NCBI GenBank assembly: GCA_964016885.1
Contig: OZ024741.1
Coordinates: forward strand, 270,506,001-270,570,000
Length of the DNA stretch: 64,000 bases
Direction: 5' to 3'
DNA from: Eledone cirrhosa
Lineage: Eukaryota
The position numbers and the translations under genes were made by a program. The notes below the pieces were generated by a model that was given only the letters and a program-made list of their open reading frames with translations, was not told the origin of the DNA and made no database searches. The first letter of the stretch is position 1; every line of letters starts with the position of its first letter. Positions 11,353-26,264 of this stretch are shown here, in pieces.

Positions 11353-12872
11353 GGCGGTGTCATACCCAAAGACTGGTGCAGCAGTATTCTCATAAATTGC
11401 TACAAAGTTAAAGGGGATGCTCTGGAGAGTAGCAATTATAGGGGCATAAAGCTGATGGATCAGGTTATGAAAGTGGCAGAGAGAATATTAGTGCAACTTA
11501 TTAGAGAAAGGGTCAAATTAGATGAGATGCAGTTTGGTTTTGTGCCTGGGAAAAGTACAACAGATGCCCTCTTCTTAGTGAGACTACAAGAGAGGTTCTT
11601 AGAGAAGAATAAGCCACTATACTTAGCTTTTGTTGACCTAGAGAACCCTTTGATAGGGTACCCCTATCTGTCATCTAGTGGTCCCTAAGGAAACTAGGTG
11701 TAGAGGAATGGCTTGTAAGGGCAGTGCAAGCTATGTACAGGGGTACGGTTAGTAAAGTGAGGGTAGGAATGAAGTTTAGTGAAGAATTCCAGATACAAGT
11801 AGGAGTACATCAGGGTTCGGTTCTCAGCCTGCTCTTGTTCATTATAGTCCTGCAAGCCATAACCGAGGAGTTTAAGACTGGCTGTCCATGGGAACTTCTT
11901 TATGTTGACGATCTGCTTCTTATAGCAAAATCAGTAGAGGAGCTAGAGAATAAATTCTGGCTATGGAAACAGCAGTTGGAATTAAGAATGAACCTAGCTA
12001 AGATAAAAGTGTTGATGAGTAGAAAAGAGGACAAAACTCTGATTCCGTCAGAGAAATGGCCATGTTCGATATGCAGAAAAGGAATTGGCATAAATTCTAT
12101 AAAATGTACATAATGCAGATCTTGGGTACACCATAGATGTAGTGGGATAGCAGGCAAACTAACAGACAGGGAAAACTATGTATGCAGTAGATGTACAGGG
12201 TAATTTGACAGTAGAAGTCGCATTGATAGACACATTTTTCAAATGCAGGTGGGCGCTATAGAAGTGGTTGATAACTTCCGGTACCTAGGTGATCAGATTA
12301 GCACTGGGGGGGGGGGGGGGTCCCGAGGTCATAGTATCTAGAATAAGGACAGGTTGGAAGAAGTTTAGGGAGCTGCTTCTTCTGGTGACGAAGAAGGGTT
12401 TCTCCCTGCATACGAAAGGCCGGTTATATGATGCGCGATGCTGCATGGTAATGGGACATAGGAAGCAACTGCTGAGGATATGCGATGGCTGGAGAGAAAT
12501 GAGGCAAGCATGCTCCGTTGGATGTGCAATGTCAATGTGCGTGAACAACCGAGCATGGATGTGTTGAGAGAGAAACTGTGTTTAAGAGGGATTAGTTGTA
12601 GTGTGTGGGAGAGAAGACTGCGATGGTATGGACATGTGGTGTGCATGGAGGATGACCGCTGGGTAAAGAAGTGCCAAGAAATGCCAGTTGAAAGAAGTAG
12701 TAGAGTAAGACCACGGAAAACATGGGCAGAGGTGGTGAGAGAGACCTCAGATCGCTGAAGCTCATGGTGGAGATGACGAAGGACCGTGAAAAGTGGAGAG
12801 ATGCTGTGCTGAATAGGACCCGTCCCACCTTGGCAAGCAGGGAAAAGCGGACGTAAAATGATGATGATGATG
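11353..12872 (+). mobile_element. 5'-truncated RTE LINE, second subfamily
   Basis: ORF pieces with NYRGIKLMDQ, QFGF, GVHQGSVLS, LLYVDD and RLRWYGHV; tail GCGGACGTAAAATGATGAT. Confidence 0.92.
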
Positions 12873-13052
12873 ATATATTATATATAATATATATATGCCC
12901 CACCCTTGCAAGCAGGGAAGAGCGGACGTAAAATGATGATGATGATGATGATATCATATAATATATACATATATTATATATAATATATATATATACATAC
13001 ATAAGCAAAAGAAATCGAAAATGCAACTGGAATCTTTTGGCTAGTATGTTAA

Positions 13053-13249
13053 CCCTTTAGCATCCACATTATTTTAAATATACTATTATATTTTCATGGT
13101 AAAGGCTTTATCTCACATAATATCGAATCTATGAGATTTTGAAAGTATTTATTTTGAGAACAATACCTTACCATCAGTTTGAGTGACCAGTTACAGCCAG
13201 TTTCAACAGAAAGAGGTAGAGAATTCTGGCCGATTTGAACACTAAAGGG
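13053..13249. mobile_element. piggyBac-type MITE
   Basis: TTAA|CCCTTTAG...CTAAAGGG|TTAA. Related copies at 22975-23305, 23495-23699, 27066-27258 and 43928-44133. Confidence 0.85.
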
Positions 13250-13729
13250 TTAATGAATGTATGTTAAAGTTAATTTAGCTCTGGTGCAAAATTTGATGTA
13301 CTTATTCACGTGACAGTGATCAACTAACCATGTGAGACAAACCACAAACCCACCATCTAAGTTTTACTTTTGAAAAGCATAAGAACTGTGGAACTGGTAA
13401 AGGAAATAAATAAATATTCTTAAGAAGACTCCAGCTGCATTTTCTTATACTTTCACCCATGTAGGACAACTGGTTTTATTTTATAAAACCTCATCTTCTG
13501 TAAAGTGGACATGTAGGCGCTGCGGAAAAAAGCACCCAGCACTCACTGTAAATGAGGTTGGTGTTAGGAAGGGCATCCAGCTGTAGAAATCAAGCCAGAA
13601 TCGGTTCCCATATGAGAAAGACAAGGTCAGCTGACTGGACACTGCCCACTACAGGACAACCCGTCTAACCCATGCTAGCGTGGAAGAACGGACGTAAAAT
13701 GGTGATGATGATGATGATATATATATATA

Positions 13730-14246
13730 TACTACTAAAACTCTGATTGCTTGCTTGCTTGTCTGTAATGTAATACAACCAAAAGGGCGCATAATGGGAA
13801 AATACTTTGAAAGGAAGTTGACCCTGAAACAGGAATACAAATGAAATAAAACTTTCGTGTAAATTGGAGCACGAGATATGGTGTTTTCTGGGTACGATCA
13901 TAAATAGAGAGAAAGAGATAGTTGTTGTGAGAGAGTAGATTGAAAGAGAAACAGAGAGAGAGAGAGAGAAAGAGACAGAGAAGGAAAATGGAAGAGAGAG
14001 AGCTGGTGGTGGTGTTGAATGAAATTATAACCAGTGACTTCAAAGAAACGAATACAGCATTACTGTATCCTGCTAAATAGAAAGGGTTTCCTAGTGTGTG
14101 TGAATATATATATACATATATATGTGTGTGTGTGTATATATATATATACATATGGGCCTTCCAATTTATACATGTCTGTGCATATTTTAATTATTTAAAA
14201 ATGATATTTTAAGTGAACGTGGCCCAACGTGTCACGGGTGGTCTAG
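13730..14246 (+). mobile_element. Possible non-autonomous Helitron
   Basis: Degenerate 3' hairpin CGTGGCCCAACGTGTCACG followed by CTAG|T; the 5' end is uncertain. Confidence 0.35.
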
Positions 14247-14604
14247 TATAATAGAAAAAATGAGGAAGTTTCGTTTACACATGAAAAATATTTATTGTAT
14301 ATCGATATTTATATGTATATATATATATATATAAAGAGTTGGGGTCCAATGGTTGAGCTTGTAGAAGACGATGCAAACAAATGTAATAAAATGTAAATAC
14401 AAGCTCTTGCCATTTCAACAGCTAGTTCCATACCAAGACTCAGTCTGGGTTTTGAACTTGCTGTTGAAATGGCAAGATTTCCGCTGTCAGGTCCAGACTC
14501 TTTATAATATAACCATACGCTACTATCCTAAGTATCGAGGACTCTGTTGAATAATGGTTTAACTAGTTTTAAACTGGTTCTATCCTGGTATATATATATA
14601 TGTA

Positions 14605-15093
14605 TCTGATAAACTCCGACATCACACACTTACACCTCTCCAAGACAATGTCACTGGACCGAGACCTTTGGCGGTACTCAGTAACAGAGAAGACCCGCCT
14701 TACCTAAATATATAGTAAAACCTACTCCAGCCAGTAGGCATCTCTAACAAAATACACCCCGTCCCACCACCCCCACCCCATCCACACCACCCCGTTCTAT
14801 GTAAAGTTATGTTGGTGCCGCGCCATCGAGGCCGAAACAAATGAGATCGTGTAGGTGTCACGACAAAAAAAACACACAGTCCATGCTGTAATGTGGCCAT
14901 GTAGGCAACACGGTAAAAACCTCCCAGTCCCACACTGTAAATGTGGTTGGTGTTAGGAAGGGCACCCAGCCGTAGAAAACCCGCCAGACGGTCCTATGCG
15001 AGCAAGACAATCACTCTTGCCTCAAGTGGGACTACCCCATGCAAGCGTGGAACACGGACGTTAAACGTTGATGATGATGATGATGATGATGAT
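14605..15093 (+). mobile_element. RTE LINE 3' end / 3' UTR fragment
   Basis: Matches 9020-9535 and ends in GGACGTTAAAC...(GAT)n. Confidence 0.85.
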
Positions 15094-15094
15094 A

Positions 15095-15935
15095 CAGGGT
15101 GCGGACGGTATTTGTTTGCAAGATTACTGTCTAGGAAAAAATAACAGTAGTTTTATTTTTTAAGATTTATTTATCAAACTTGGGTCAGTTTGTCTTCATG
15201 ACTTGTTCTTTCGATCTCACTCGATAAACCCGCCATTGGCTTTCATGACGGCCTCGGAACCGACTACAGGCTTTCGTCACTGTCCCCCGACTTGTGATCC
15301 TGGCCTTCAGATCATCTTTCGTATTGCAGCTAGACCTGATGGTGTCTCGTTCCACTGCGCCCCACACAAAGAAGTCGAGGGGGTTGCAGTCAGGCAAGCT
15401 GGGAGGCCAGATGTCAGGTGAAGTGTGGTCGACGAAGTTCTCCGACAGCCAGGCTTGGGTCTTTCGGCTGGTATGGCAGGGCGTTGAGTCTTGCTGCCAC
15501 ACGTATGGCCTACCTGCAGCTACCTGGTCGATCCAGGGCTTTACTACCTCGCTCAGAACGCGGATGTAACCATCGGTGTTCAGCTTGAGGCCCTCAGGGA
15601 AGAAGTGAGGTGGCATGACATCACCTAAGACCAATGTTGTCGCTGGAAACTTTGTCTGCATGACTCTGGGCACGTCTTTGGATGAGACAGCAAGCCACCT
15701 GTTGTTCTGGGAGTCGATCTTCTGGTCTTATTTGTCCTCCCAGCGCGGATTCCAAGAAGAACTCCGTGTCTCTTCCACAAATTTGAAGGTTCAAAATTAT
15801 TCATAATCAATTATTCTGAAAATAAATAATGGAAAGATAGTCACTGTTTTTATGAAGACGAGTGACAACGGAAGAAAAAAGAATTTGCATAAAATTAGCA
15901 GTTGAAAATTGCGAACAAATATCGTCCGCGCCCTG
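15095..15935 (-). mobile_element. Internally deleted Tc1/mariner-superfamily transposon, DD37D (maT-like)
   Basis: 27-bp TIRs CAGGGTGCGGACGGTATTTGTTTGCAA / TTGCGAACAAATATCGTCCGCGCCCTG (3 mismatches) with TA on both sides. ORF 15185-15673 has WQQDSTPCH...WPPSLPDCNPLD with 37 residues between the last two catalytic Asp. Confidence 0.92.
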
Positions 15936-16113
15936 TATATATATATAATAAAATAAATATGGTTTTATAAATATAGTTTCCATTTATTAATATCATTGAT
16001 ATTATACTCCAGAAAATCTGTAGAGTGCTTCGAATCTGTTATAAATAAATTTGTTGAATAACCAACAAATTAAATATCTCTTTGCTTATATATATATATA
16101 TACATATACATAC

Positions 16114-16316
16114 ATAGGAAAAGAGTCAAGAACCCCGACGGCAGAACTCAAGCCATTTTGACAGCTAATTTTGGACTCAGAAATAGCTGTCGCAACGGCT
16201 TGATCTCTGCCATCAGGGTTCTTGGCTCTTTTCCTATTACCCACTCTACTACTCAAAGTATTGAGTACTCTGGTTTGTTATGGTCCACCTGATTCCTTAC
16301 CACACTTCCTTCGTTA
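16114..16316 (+). repeat. Hairpin-plus-tail repeat family member
   Basis: About 58-bp-arm hairpin at 16114-16237 plus an about 80-bp tail. Reverse-complement copy at 48586-48782; related pieces at 14333-14590 and 47871-47990. Confidence 0.8.
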
Positions 16317-16338
16317 TATATATATATATCAGGATAGA

Positions 16339-16672
16339 ACCAGCAAAATACAATTCCAGCTGGTCAGACTTGTCTCATGATGTGGGCAACTTGTCTAACC
16401 CATGCCAGAGGTTGTGAGAGCTGATCTTAAGTCACTAAGACTGGAAGAGGAGATGACAAAGGAACGTGACAAATAGAGAGATGCCGTACTGAGAAGGGCT
16501 GTTCCAACCTACGCAAGCATGGAAAAGAGGACGTAAAAACGCTGTCACATTCCTTTGTCATCTCTTCCAATCTTAGTGATTTAAGGTCAGCTCTCACAAC
16601 CCCTGGCATGGGTTAGAGAAGTCGCCCACATCATGAGACAAGCCTCGCCAGCTGGAACTGTATTTTGGCTGG
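16339..16672. repeat. Inverted duplication of about 130 bp around an RTE 3' end
   Basis: 16339-16470 is approximately the reverse complement of 16543-16672; the spacer holds the RTE tail motif GCATGGAAAAGAGGACGTAAAA. Confidence 0.85.
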
Positions 16673-16856
16673 GATATATATATATATAATCATCATCATC
16701 GTTTAACGTCTATCTTCCAAGCTAGCATGGGTTAGATGGGATTGTCCCACCTGAGGCAAGATTAATCGGGTGACCGTGTCTCGCTCGTATAGAACTGTAT
16801 CTGGCAGGTTTTCTATGGCTGGACGCCCTTCCTAACACCAACTACATTTACAGTGT

Positions 16857-17565
<709 letters not shown>

Positions 17566-18419
17566 AATGGAAAAGATGAGTATTGACGTACATGTACGTC
17601 AATACTCATCTTTTTCTATTTCTTCGAGGGTTCTTAACCCCACTATCAGGCTAAATAATTTCTTTAGTCAAAATACGGCGATAACTTACATTTCTAATAA
17701 TTTCAAACCCACTCGCTGTTTCGAAAATATTCATACATATATATATATATTATATTTATATTATATTTATATATTATAACGTATTATAACATATATATAT
17801 ACCCACCCCACGCCCACTTCTTCATCTGACATAATAGAGATTCATCCAACAAAATAGATAGGATGGCCAAAATACGATAGTTACTGCCTACCAAACAACA
17901 AGCCACTGGTACTGACTGTTGATCAAAGGTCAAATCAAAAGATGGCATTACACAAATGAAAACAATAAAACTAGTCAATGGTTGGCCAGCTGGGAGAGGA
18001 ACAAAGAGATTTGTGAAAGGTTAAAGTGTCCAAAGCCTGGAGGCTTATCAAGCTGGAGTATATCCATGCTTTATTGGTGTTAAGTGACTGAGAGTACTTG
18101 GATAGGGCACCAGTTGCTGGTCCTCATTTTCACCCGTGTGGACTGTAGCAATGTAAAATGAAGCGTCTTACTCAAGGACGCAATGCACCACCTGCTCCAT
18201 GAATTGAACCCATATTATGATTATAAGTTCAACACCCAAACCATTAGGCCACACATAATTCATCATCACCATTTAACATCTATTTTCCATATTTGTACGA
18301 GTCAAATGGGCTGCCACATTTTGAGGCTAGACGAGTCAGGTAATCATGTCTAGCTCATTTGTACCATTTTGGGTTTGGTTTCTATGGCTGGAAGCTCATC
18401 CTAACACCTTCATATATAT

Positions 18420-19052
18420 AAGGAGTAAGCAGGCCTAGGAAGACTTGGGAGGAAGTAATAAGAGCTGACTTTGCTCAATTACACCTCACTAAGGCAATGA
18501 CACAGGACCGTGACCTCAGGCACTATGAAGTATTACAGAAGACCCGCCCTCAATTATTCTTGGGCTGAGGCATATACCTAGTAAGCAATACCATTCCCTT
18601 CCCATAAAGCTCCCTTATACCTACATCCCCAAAGCATCTCCCCCCCCACCTCTATAAAGTGATGCCCGTTTGGAGCCACGACAAAAGAGCCCAACCCACT
18701 ATAGTGATTATGTAGTTGTCACGACAAAAAGCACCCAGTCCACACTGTAATGTGGTCATGTAGATGTCACGACAAAAGCACCCAGTCCACACTGTAAAGT
18801 GGTCGTATAGGTGTCATGATAAAAAGTACCCAGCTCATGCTGTAAAAGGGAACATGTAGGTGTCACAACAAAAAGCACCCAGTCCACACTGTAAAGTGGT
18901 CGTGTAGGTGTCATGACAAAAAGCACCCTTTAATCACTAGCTGGTGTTAGGAAGGGCATCCAACCATAGAAACCAAGCCAAAATCAGTTTGGGGTGAGTG
19001 AATCACGGTCCCCCAACCTGTCCTACCCATGATAATAAGGAAGATGATGATA
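18420..19052 (+). mobile_element. RTE LINE 3' end with 41-bp tandem array
   Basis: GRPRKTW-encoding remnant, 41-bp units at 18700-18930, GGTGTTAGGAAGGGCATCC motif and a GAT tail. Confidence 0.8.
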
Positions 19053-22000
19053 TTTATATATATATGTAGAGAGAGAGAGTCTGGGGTGCTGAGATCGGGG
19101 AGACCACGAATGATTGGAGTACTCAATGCATAAGATGCAGAATGGGTATAGAGAAAGGTATCAACTCAACCACGACCCCAAGCAGTTTTGGCTTGGGTTC
19201 AGCAGGCCTTTTCAAGTACACACTTGAAAAGTCTTGTATCGGAACCATGATCTCTCAATTCGGAGAAGTAGTGTCGTCTACCTGGAGTGACTCTCTGATC
19301 TCCAAGCTACACACTTTGGAAAAACTCCATTGCAGCTGCTTGTATCCTTTCGTTACCCAAGATTCATGACCATAAGTAAGGGTTGGCACAAATACCAAAT
19401 TAAATACACAATTTTAATTAATCAATGAAGAATTTACTAAAATTATTTTTTTCGTTACTAAGATAGTAACTTAGTGTAGTGTAGTGTAAGGTAAGGTTCT
19501 TATATTAAATTATGTTCGATGATTTTAATTTAAATTGAAACCTTTAAAATGGGTGGTTTTATTTCCTAGAACCAGAGCTGGTTTTGGCCAGGTTGGTAAC
19601 TAAAGGGTTCAATATTTTTGGTGCATTCTTCTTCCTTCCTAAGTGCAATGATGATATGATAAATGAAGAGATTTACACTAGGAATTGACCATAGGAGGCT
19701 TGTTTGATCAGAACTGACCTAGGGCTAAATAACAACAACAAAAATAACAAACATGTAATATTTTAATATAGATTTTTTTTAGTTTTTTTTTTTTTTACTT
19801 AATTCTTGAAAACAATAATGAAAACAAAAAATATATAAATAAAAATTAAATTTTGAGGAAAACCCTTTCCTTATATTGTCACTGATGTCTTCTTTACTTC
19901 GTAAGAAATCAGAATGATGTGACATTCATGGCTTTCTCAAAATGTATTAGCATCCTCAAGTAATGTAATTATAATTGTTTCTACTTTTAGCACAAGGCCA
20001 GCAATTATCTCAGTGTATTACTGGTACTTTATTTTATCGACCCCGTAAGGATGAAAGCCAAAGTTAACCGTGGCGGGATTTGAACTCAGACCATAAAGGG
20101 CCGTAAACCTTTGCTGCAAAACATGGCATCCGACCCTCTACCGATACTGCCAATCCACCAAGTAATGTAATATGAAGTGAAAGGTATCTAAATTCAATTG
20201 AAAATAATATCCATTTTTGTGGATTTGGGGCTTGCTCAACAGCTTTCACTCGTATCATTATCATCATCATCATTGCAACAGAAAACTTCTCGTATATTAT
20301 ATTTATATATATATAAAACAAAAGAATTAAAACAGAGAATGGAATGAAATAAAAAGAGAAAAACAAAAAACTTTTTTTAAAAACATTTCTTAATGACAGT
20401 GTGCCAGCCTATTGGCTGGAACATGTAATATAGTAATAAATATTATTCATTGATTAGAATTAAATTATTTCAAATCATGCAGAAGGCCATATACTTTCTG
20501 GGTTTGGGGGGGGGGGGGTTGCTTGGTGGGGAAGGTTAACCAATCTAATTGACTTTACCCCCCCCCCCCCCCCCGATTTATGTCTTGAAGTCAACAGTTT
20601 GGAGAGAAGGGCGGCCCCAGTATGTAACTGGTACTTTAATTTATTGACCCCCCCCCCCCCCAGAATGACGAGAGGCAAAGTTGACCTTGGCAGGATTTGA
20701 ACTTAGAATTTGTAAAAAATCAAAACAATAGCGGTGCCCCATCATGACCTTAGTCTGTGAATTAGAACATAGAAAAGAATAAAAGAGATACAACAGAGCA
20801 TTTCGTCTGAGGCTGAAACTATCCTGCTAATCAACCTAACTAAATAAAATAATAATTGTTTCTATTTTTGGCACAAGGCCAGCAATTATCCCAGTATATT
20901 ACTGGTACTTTATTTTATCGACCCCGTAAGGATGAAAGGCAAAGTTAACCTCGGCGGGATTTGAACTCAGACTATATTGGGAGGTAACTATGCTGCAAAG
21001 CATGGAGTCCAACCTACCGGTACTGCCAATCCCCTGCCCTAAATAAAATAATAATGGTTTCTGATTTAGGCACAAGGCCAACAATTTGAAGGAGAAAGTT
21101 GATTAAATCGACCCCAGTGTGTGACAGGTACTTTTATCAACCCTGTAGAGATGAAAGGCTAAGCTAACCTCAGTGGGATTTGAACTCAGAATGTAAAAGG
21201 CCATATCTACTGATACAGCCAATCGAACACCCTAATAACTGTTTCTACTTTTAGGCACAAGTCCAGCAATTTTGGGGGAGGGGAAAGTCGATTAAATCGA
21301 CACCAGTCTATTACTGGTACTTTATTTTATCGACCCCGCAAGGATGAAAGGCAAAGCTAACCTTGGCCCAATTTGAACTCAGAACACAAAGGGCCATAAC
21401 TCTTGCTACTAAACATGGTGTCCAACGTTCTACCAATCCAATGATTTGTAAGACATGGCAGAAGGCCAGAAATTTCAGGGAAGGGAACAGTTGATCACAT
21501 CAGACTGAGTATTTCAAAGGAAGTTATTTAATTATTCCCTCCCCACTACCAGAAGGTTGAATGTTGATGTTTGATTTTAAAGGGATTTAAACTCAGAATA
21601 TAAAGAGTGGAAACAAATACCACAAGGTATTTCGTCTAACATTAACAAGTCTGTCAATTCACCATCCTAATTCTATTAAAGACTCCCTTTGGTCACGAAT
21701 GATCATAGGTTTTGTATCTAGAAACTTCCCCTCCGAGGTAAAAACCTGGGCAAGGTGCTTTTTGTGGAAGACCAGCAGTCGCTCATGCATACCAGTCTCT
21801 TCTTTTTATGCCACCTTTGTGGCACCAGTGATGTCACAACTAATATATACACTGTATATATACTATATATACAATGGATATATACTAGATATGATGTTTT
21901 CAAAGGAAAGGCAGATACAGCTTGATACCAATGACGTTGCAACTCATATATATATATAGTTTATAATATATACACACTATATATGATGTTGACTAATGGA

Positions 22001-22454
22001 AAGACAAAGGCCAGTACAGCTTGACACCTGTGAAATTGCTTTAAAATAAAGTGTCTTGCTCAAGGACACAATACACTACCCACTCCAGCAATCGAACTCA
22101 AAACCTCATGATGGCAAGTCTAATGTTCTAACCACAAAGCCGTGTGGCTTCACCTAATATTACTACTAATAAGTTTTACTAATTTAGGAGTAAGTTGATT
22201 AAATCATCCCCAGTAGTTCACTGGTATTTTATTTTACTTTATTGACTCCAGAAGGATGAAAGGCAAACTTGGCTTTAATGGGATTTGAACTCAGAATATA
22301 AAGAGGAAGAACTAATACCAGAAGGTATTTTAAGAATATTTCTAATTTAGGAACAAGGCCAGCAATTTGTGGGAAGGAAAAGTTGACCATGGCAGTATTT
22401 GAACTCGAAATGTAAAGAGCTGGAGTAAAAGTTGCAAAGAATTATTTTATCCAA

Positions 22455-22683
22455 CTCTAATTCTTTAGTTACCAAAAACCAGCTCTGGCTCTATTAAAAT
22501 AAAGCCACCCATTTTAAAAGTTTACCAATTTAAATTAAAATCTTCCAACATAATTTTATATAAGAACCTTACATTAAGTTACTATGTTAGTAATAAAATA
22601 ATTTTAGTAAATCCTTCAAAATTCTTCATTAATTAATTAAAATAGAGTGTATTTCATTAGAAATACAGTCATGAAAGGGTTAA
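22455..22683. mobile_element. Second piggyBac-like MITE family
   Basis: Ends in ...GAAAGGG|TTAA; reverse-complement related copy at about 19390-19610 ending ...CTAAAGGGTT. Confidence 0.5.
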
Positions 22684-23494
22684 TTGATTCTGCCAATCCA
22701 CAGCACTCACAAGGCATTTTGATAATAGTTTAGGCACAAGGCCAATAATTTTGGGGGAGGGGAAAGTTGATTAAATTGACCCCATAACGTAAAGGGATGT
22801 AACTATGCTGCAAAGCATCTTGTCCGATGCACTATCAGTACTGGCAATCCACTGACCTAAAGCATTTTAATAATGATTTCATTTATTTACCACAAGGGCC
22901 GACATGTAGGGGACAATACAAAGATTGTTGAAGCAGAACCAAATAATTTGTAAGGGAGCAGTATATTTGTTTAACCCTTTAGCATTTACATTACTCTACA
23001 TATAATAATAATAATGAAACTATTGTGTAGTGCTCAGGTGCACTACAACTCATCAAAGGTGCATGTATAGTACATAGAATAGTGTACAAATGTCAGGAAA
23101 GTGAACAGTGTATGGAGGGGGTGGATATCAGGTGTAGTGTTGGTGACTTTTGTGGTAAAGGCTTTAACTTATATAATTAACTCACATAATATCGCATCTA
23201 CGAGATTTTGATGTTATTTTGAGAACAATATCTTAAAGTCAGTACGAGTGGCTGGTTTGAAGAGAAAGAGGTGAGAGTGTTCTGGCCGGATATGGCAGGT
23301 TTAAATTGACCTTAGTACTACAGGCCTGTTACTGAACAACCGAAGGATCAATTTGAACAGATACACATTATACTATTATAGCAATTAGTTACAGATAAAA
23401 ACCAGTTTCATAGATAATGGTTTCTTATATTGGCAGAAAGTCTACAGATCTTTATTTTTTATTTTGGGTAGAGGGATGAGGAGTGAGTGTTTAA

Positions 23495-23699
23495 CCCTTT
23501 AGCATTCACATTACTCCATATATACTATTGCATTATTGTGGTAAAGGCTTTTTCTCCCATAATATCGAATCTATGAGATTTTGATATTTATTTAGTTAAA
23601 AATACGTTAACATCAGTATAAGTGGCTAGTTATGGCCGGTTTGAAAAGAAAGGGGTGAAAGAATTCTGGCTGGATATGGCTGATTTAAATGCTTAAGGA
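23495..23699. mobile_element. piggyBac-type MITE
   Basis: TTAA|CCCTTTAGCATT...AAATGCTTAAGGA|TTAA; same family as 13053-13249. Confidence 0.8.
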
Positions 23700-26224
23700 T
23701 TAATCAACCCTGAAATGATAAAAAAAGATATAGATATCTAAAGTTTACTCCTGAAAGGGTTGGAACCCAGGATGTTAAACTCTGTAGGTAAATAATAATT
23801 TCTATGATAAACAACATGTCTATCTGTGTGATTGATCTGGTCAATAGATATTTGATCCTCCCGATATTTGACTTGTACTTTATTTTTATCAACTGTAAAA
23901 ACCTCGAGCAAGATGGTTGGATAACATTTATGAGCTTGGCTGATCATGCTTGGGGATCCAGACAGATCAGTTGGAGACGGTTGCTTCTGACAGGACCCAC
24001 TGGAAGGAGTGTTTGAGGACTCTGCCCTCACAACCCTCTCAGGAATAAGTGGGTGAAGAAGGAAAATGAAAAAAAATTAAGAAAAGCAAGGGTGACGAGG
24101 GAGAGAGAGAGACAAGGCCCCCCCCCTCTGCAGTGGTCCCTGGAAAAGCTCTGTGTATTAATGAACAAAAAATATGTTGAGCAATAATTATATATGTATT
24201 GATACAAGTCGTAAACTGTTGATCACATAATTGCCGACCACCAGACATGATGTGACGTGAAGGGGAGAGGGTCATGAACGGATTTGAGCTCAGAATGTGT
24301 GCAATGCACTGTTTTATGTTCTATTGATTTTGCCTATCCACTATAAATATTGTTTCTACTTTTGGCACAAGGCCAGCAATTATCTCAGTATATGACTGGT
24401 ACTTAATTTTATCCACGCCGTAAGGCGGAAAAGCAAAGTTAACCTCAACGGGATTTGAACTCAGAAAGTTAAGGGCCATAACTCTATGCTGCAAAGCATG
24501 GCATCTGATGCTCTACCGATACTGCCAATCCACCGCCCTCATATCCACTATAATAATGGTTTCCAATTTAGGCACAAGGCCAACAATTTTTGGGGAGGGG
24601 AAAGTCAATTAAATCAACTCCAGTGCATGACTGGTACTTTATTTTATTGACCTCTGTAGGGATGAAAGATAAAGATGTAACCTTGGTGGGATTTGAACTC
24701 AGAATGTAACTATATGCCACAAAGCATGTTGTCCAATGCCCTACAGATAATGCCAATCACCTGCCCTAAATAATGGTTTTTGATTTAGGCAAAAGATCAA
24801 GTTTTTTGAGGAGAAAGTCAATTAAATCGACCCGTGTATTAGTGGTACTTTATATCACTGACCCCACATTTTTCTGATGCCCTAAAGATTCTTCCAATAA
24901 TAATGGTTTGATTTAGAGACAAGGCCAACAATTTTGGTTGAGAGAAAAGTCGATTAAAACAACGGCAGTGTATTACTGGTACTTTATTTTATTGACCCCG
25001 TAAGGATGAAAGGCAGAGTTAACCTCGGTGGAATTTAAGCTCAGACCGTAAAGGGCCATAACTATGCTGCAAAGTGTGGTATCTGATCCTCTACAAATTC
25101 ACAGCTAATAATAATAATTGTTTCTACTTTAGGCACAAGGCCAGCAATTACTCAGTGCATTACTGGTACTTTATTTTATCGACCCCGTAAGGATGAAAGG
25201 CAAAGTTAACCTTGGCAGGATTTGAACTCAGATCGTAAAGGGACGTAACTATGCTGGAAAGCATGGCGTCCGACCCTCTACCGATACTGCCAATCCAAAT
25301 GTTTCTACTTTTGGCTCAAGGTCAGTAATTATCCCAGTGCATTACTGGTACTTTTTTTTTTATCAACTCCATAAGGACAAAAGGCAAAGTTAACCTCGGC
25401 AGATTTCAACTCAGAACATAAAGGGCCTTAACTCTTTCTACTTTAGGCACAAGGCCAACAATTTTGGGTGAGGGAAAAGTCAATTAAATCGACTCCATAA
25501 GGATGAAAGGCAAAGCCAGCAAAATTTGAATTCAGAACTTAAAAGGCTTTAACCAAATACTGCAAGCCTCCTTTTTTTTTTCTCTGATGCCCTAATAATA
25601 ATACTAACAAAAACAACAATGATTACAGCTTTTTAATAAGGTGGGAAACATTTTATAAAAGTTTTTTTTTTTGTGAATTCAATTTCTGAAAACACACCAT
25701 GTTTATAATACAAAATAATACAACACGTGCTACTCCTCTCACACATTTGTTTCTCTTTTGACTAGGCACAAAGCCCCTATATTATAGGGAAAGAAGAAAA
25801 TAAATATATATATAGGAGGAGGAGGTGGAAGAAGAGGAAAATATGTTGTTACATTCATTCTGTTCCCAAATGTATTTAATCAATGTAAGTTAAGTAAAAC
25901 AGTCACAAGGAAAATGTTGAAACTAGGCAAACATGTTGGTAGCCTTGTTGGGTTCCTGGAAGCTAAACCTCACCTCTAGACTATGATGTTTGTTGTGTGT
26001 GAAGTGACACAGTAATGATAATAATGAAGATCGATGATGATGATATTTATCATGATCATCAACATCAACAACAACATAGTCAAAGTGATACAAACAATAT
26101 AGAACAACATAATATATTTTACAAGTCTGGCTTTGTTTTGCTTTCAGTTGACATAAAAAAAAAAGATTCTGATATATATATAAATAATAATTATGAAGAC
26201 TAAAATCGAAAGAGGGCTCGATAA

Positions 26225-26264
<40 letters not shown>

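Noticed and set aside
25640-26200. Possible terminal exon or 3' UTR of a gene
   Set aside because: No credible ORF or splice pair; composition alone is not enough.
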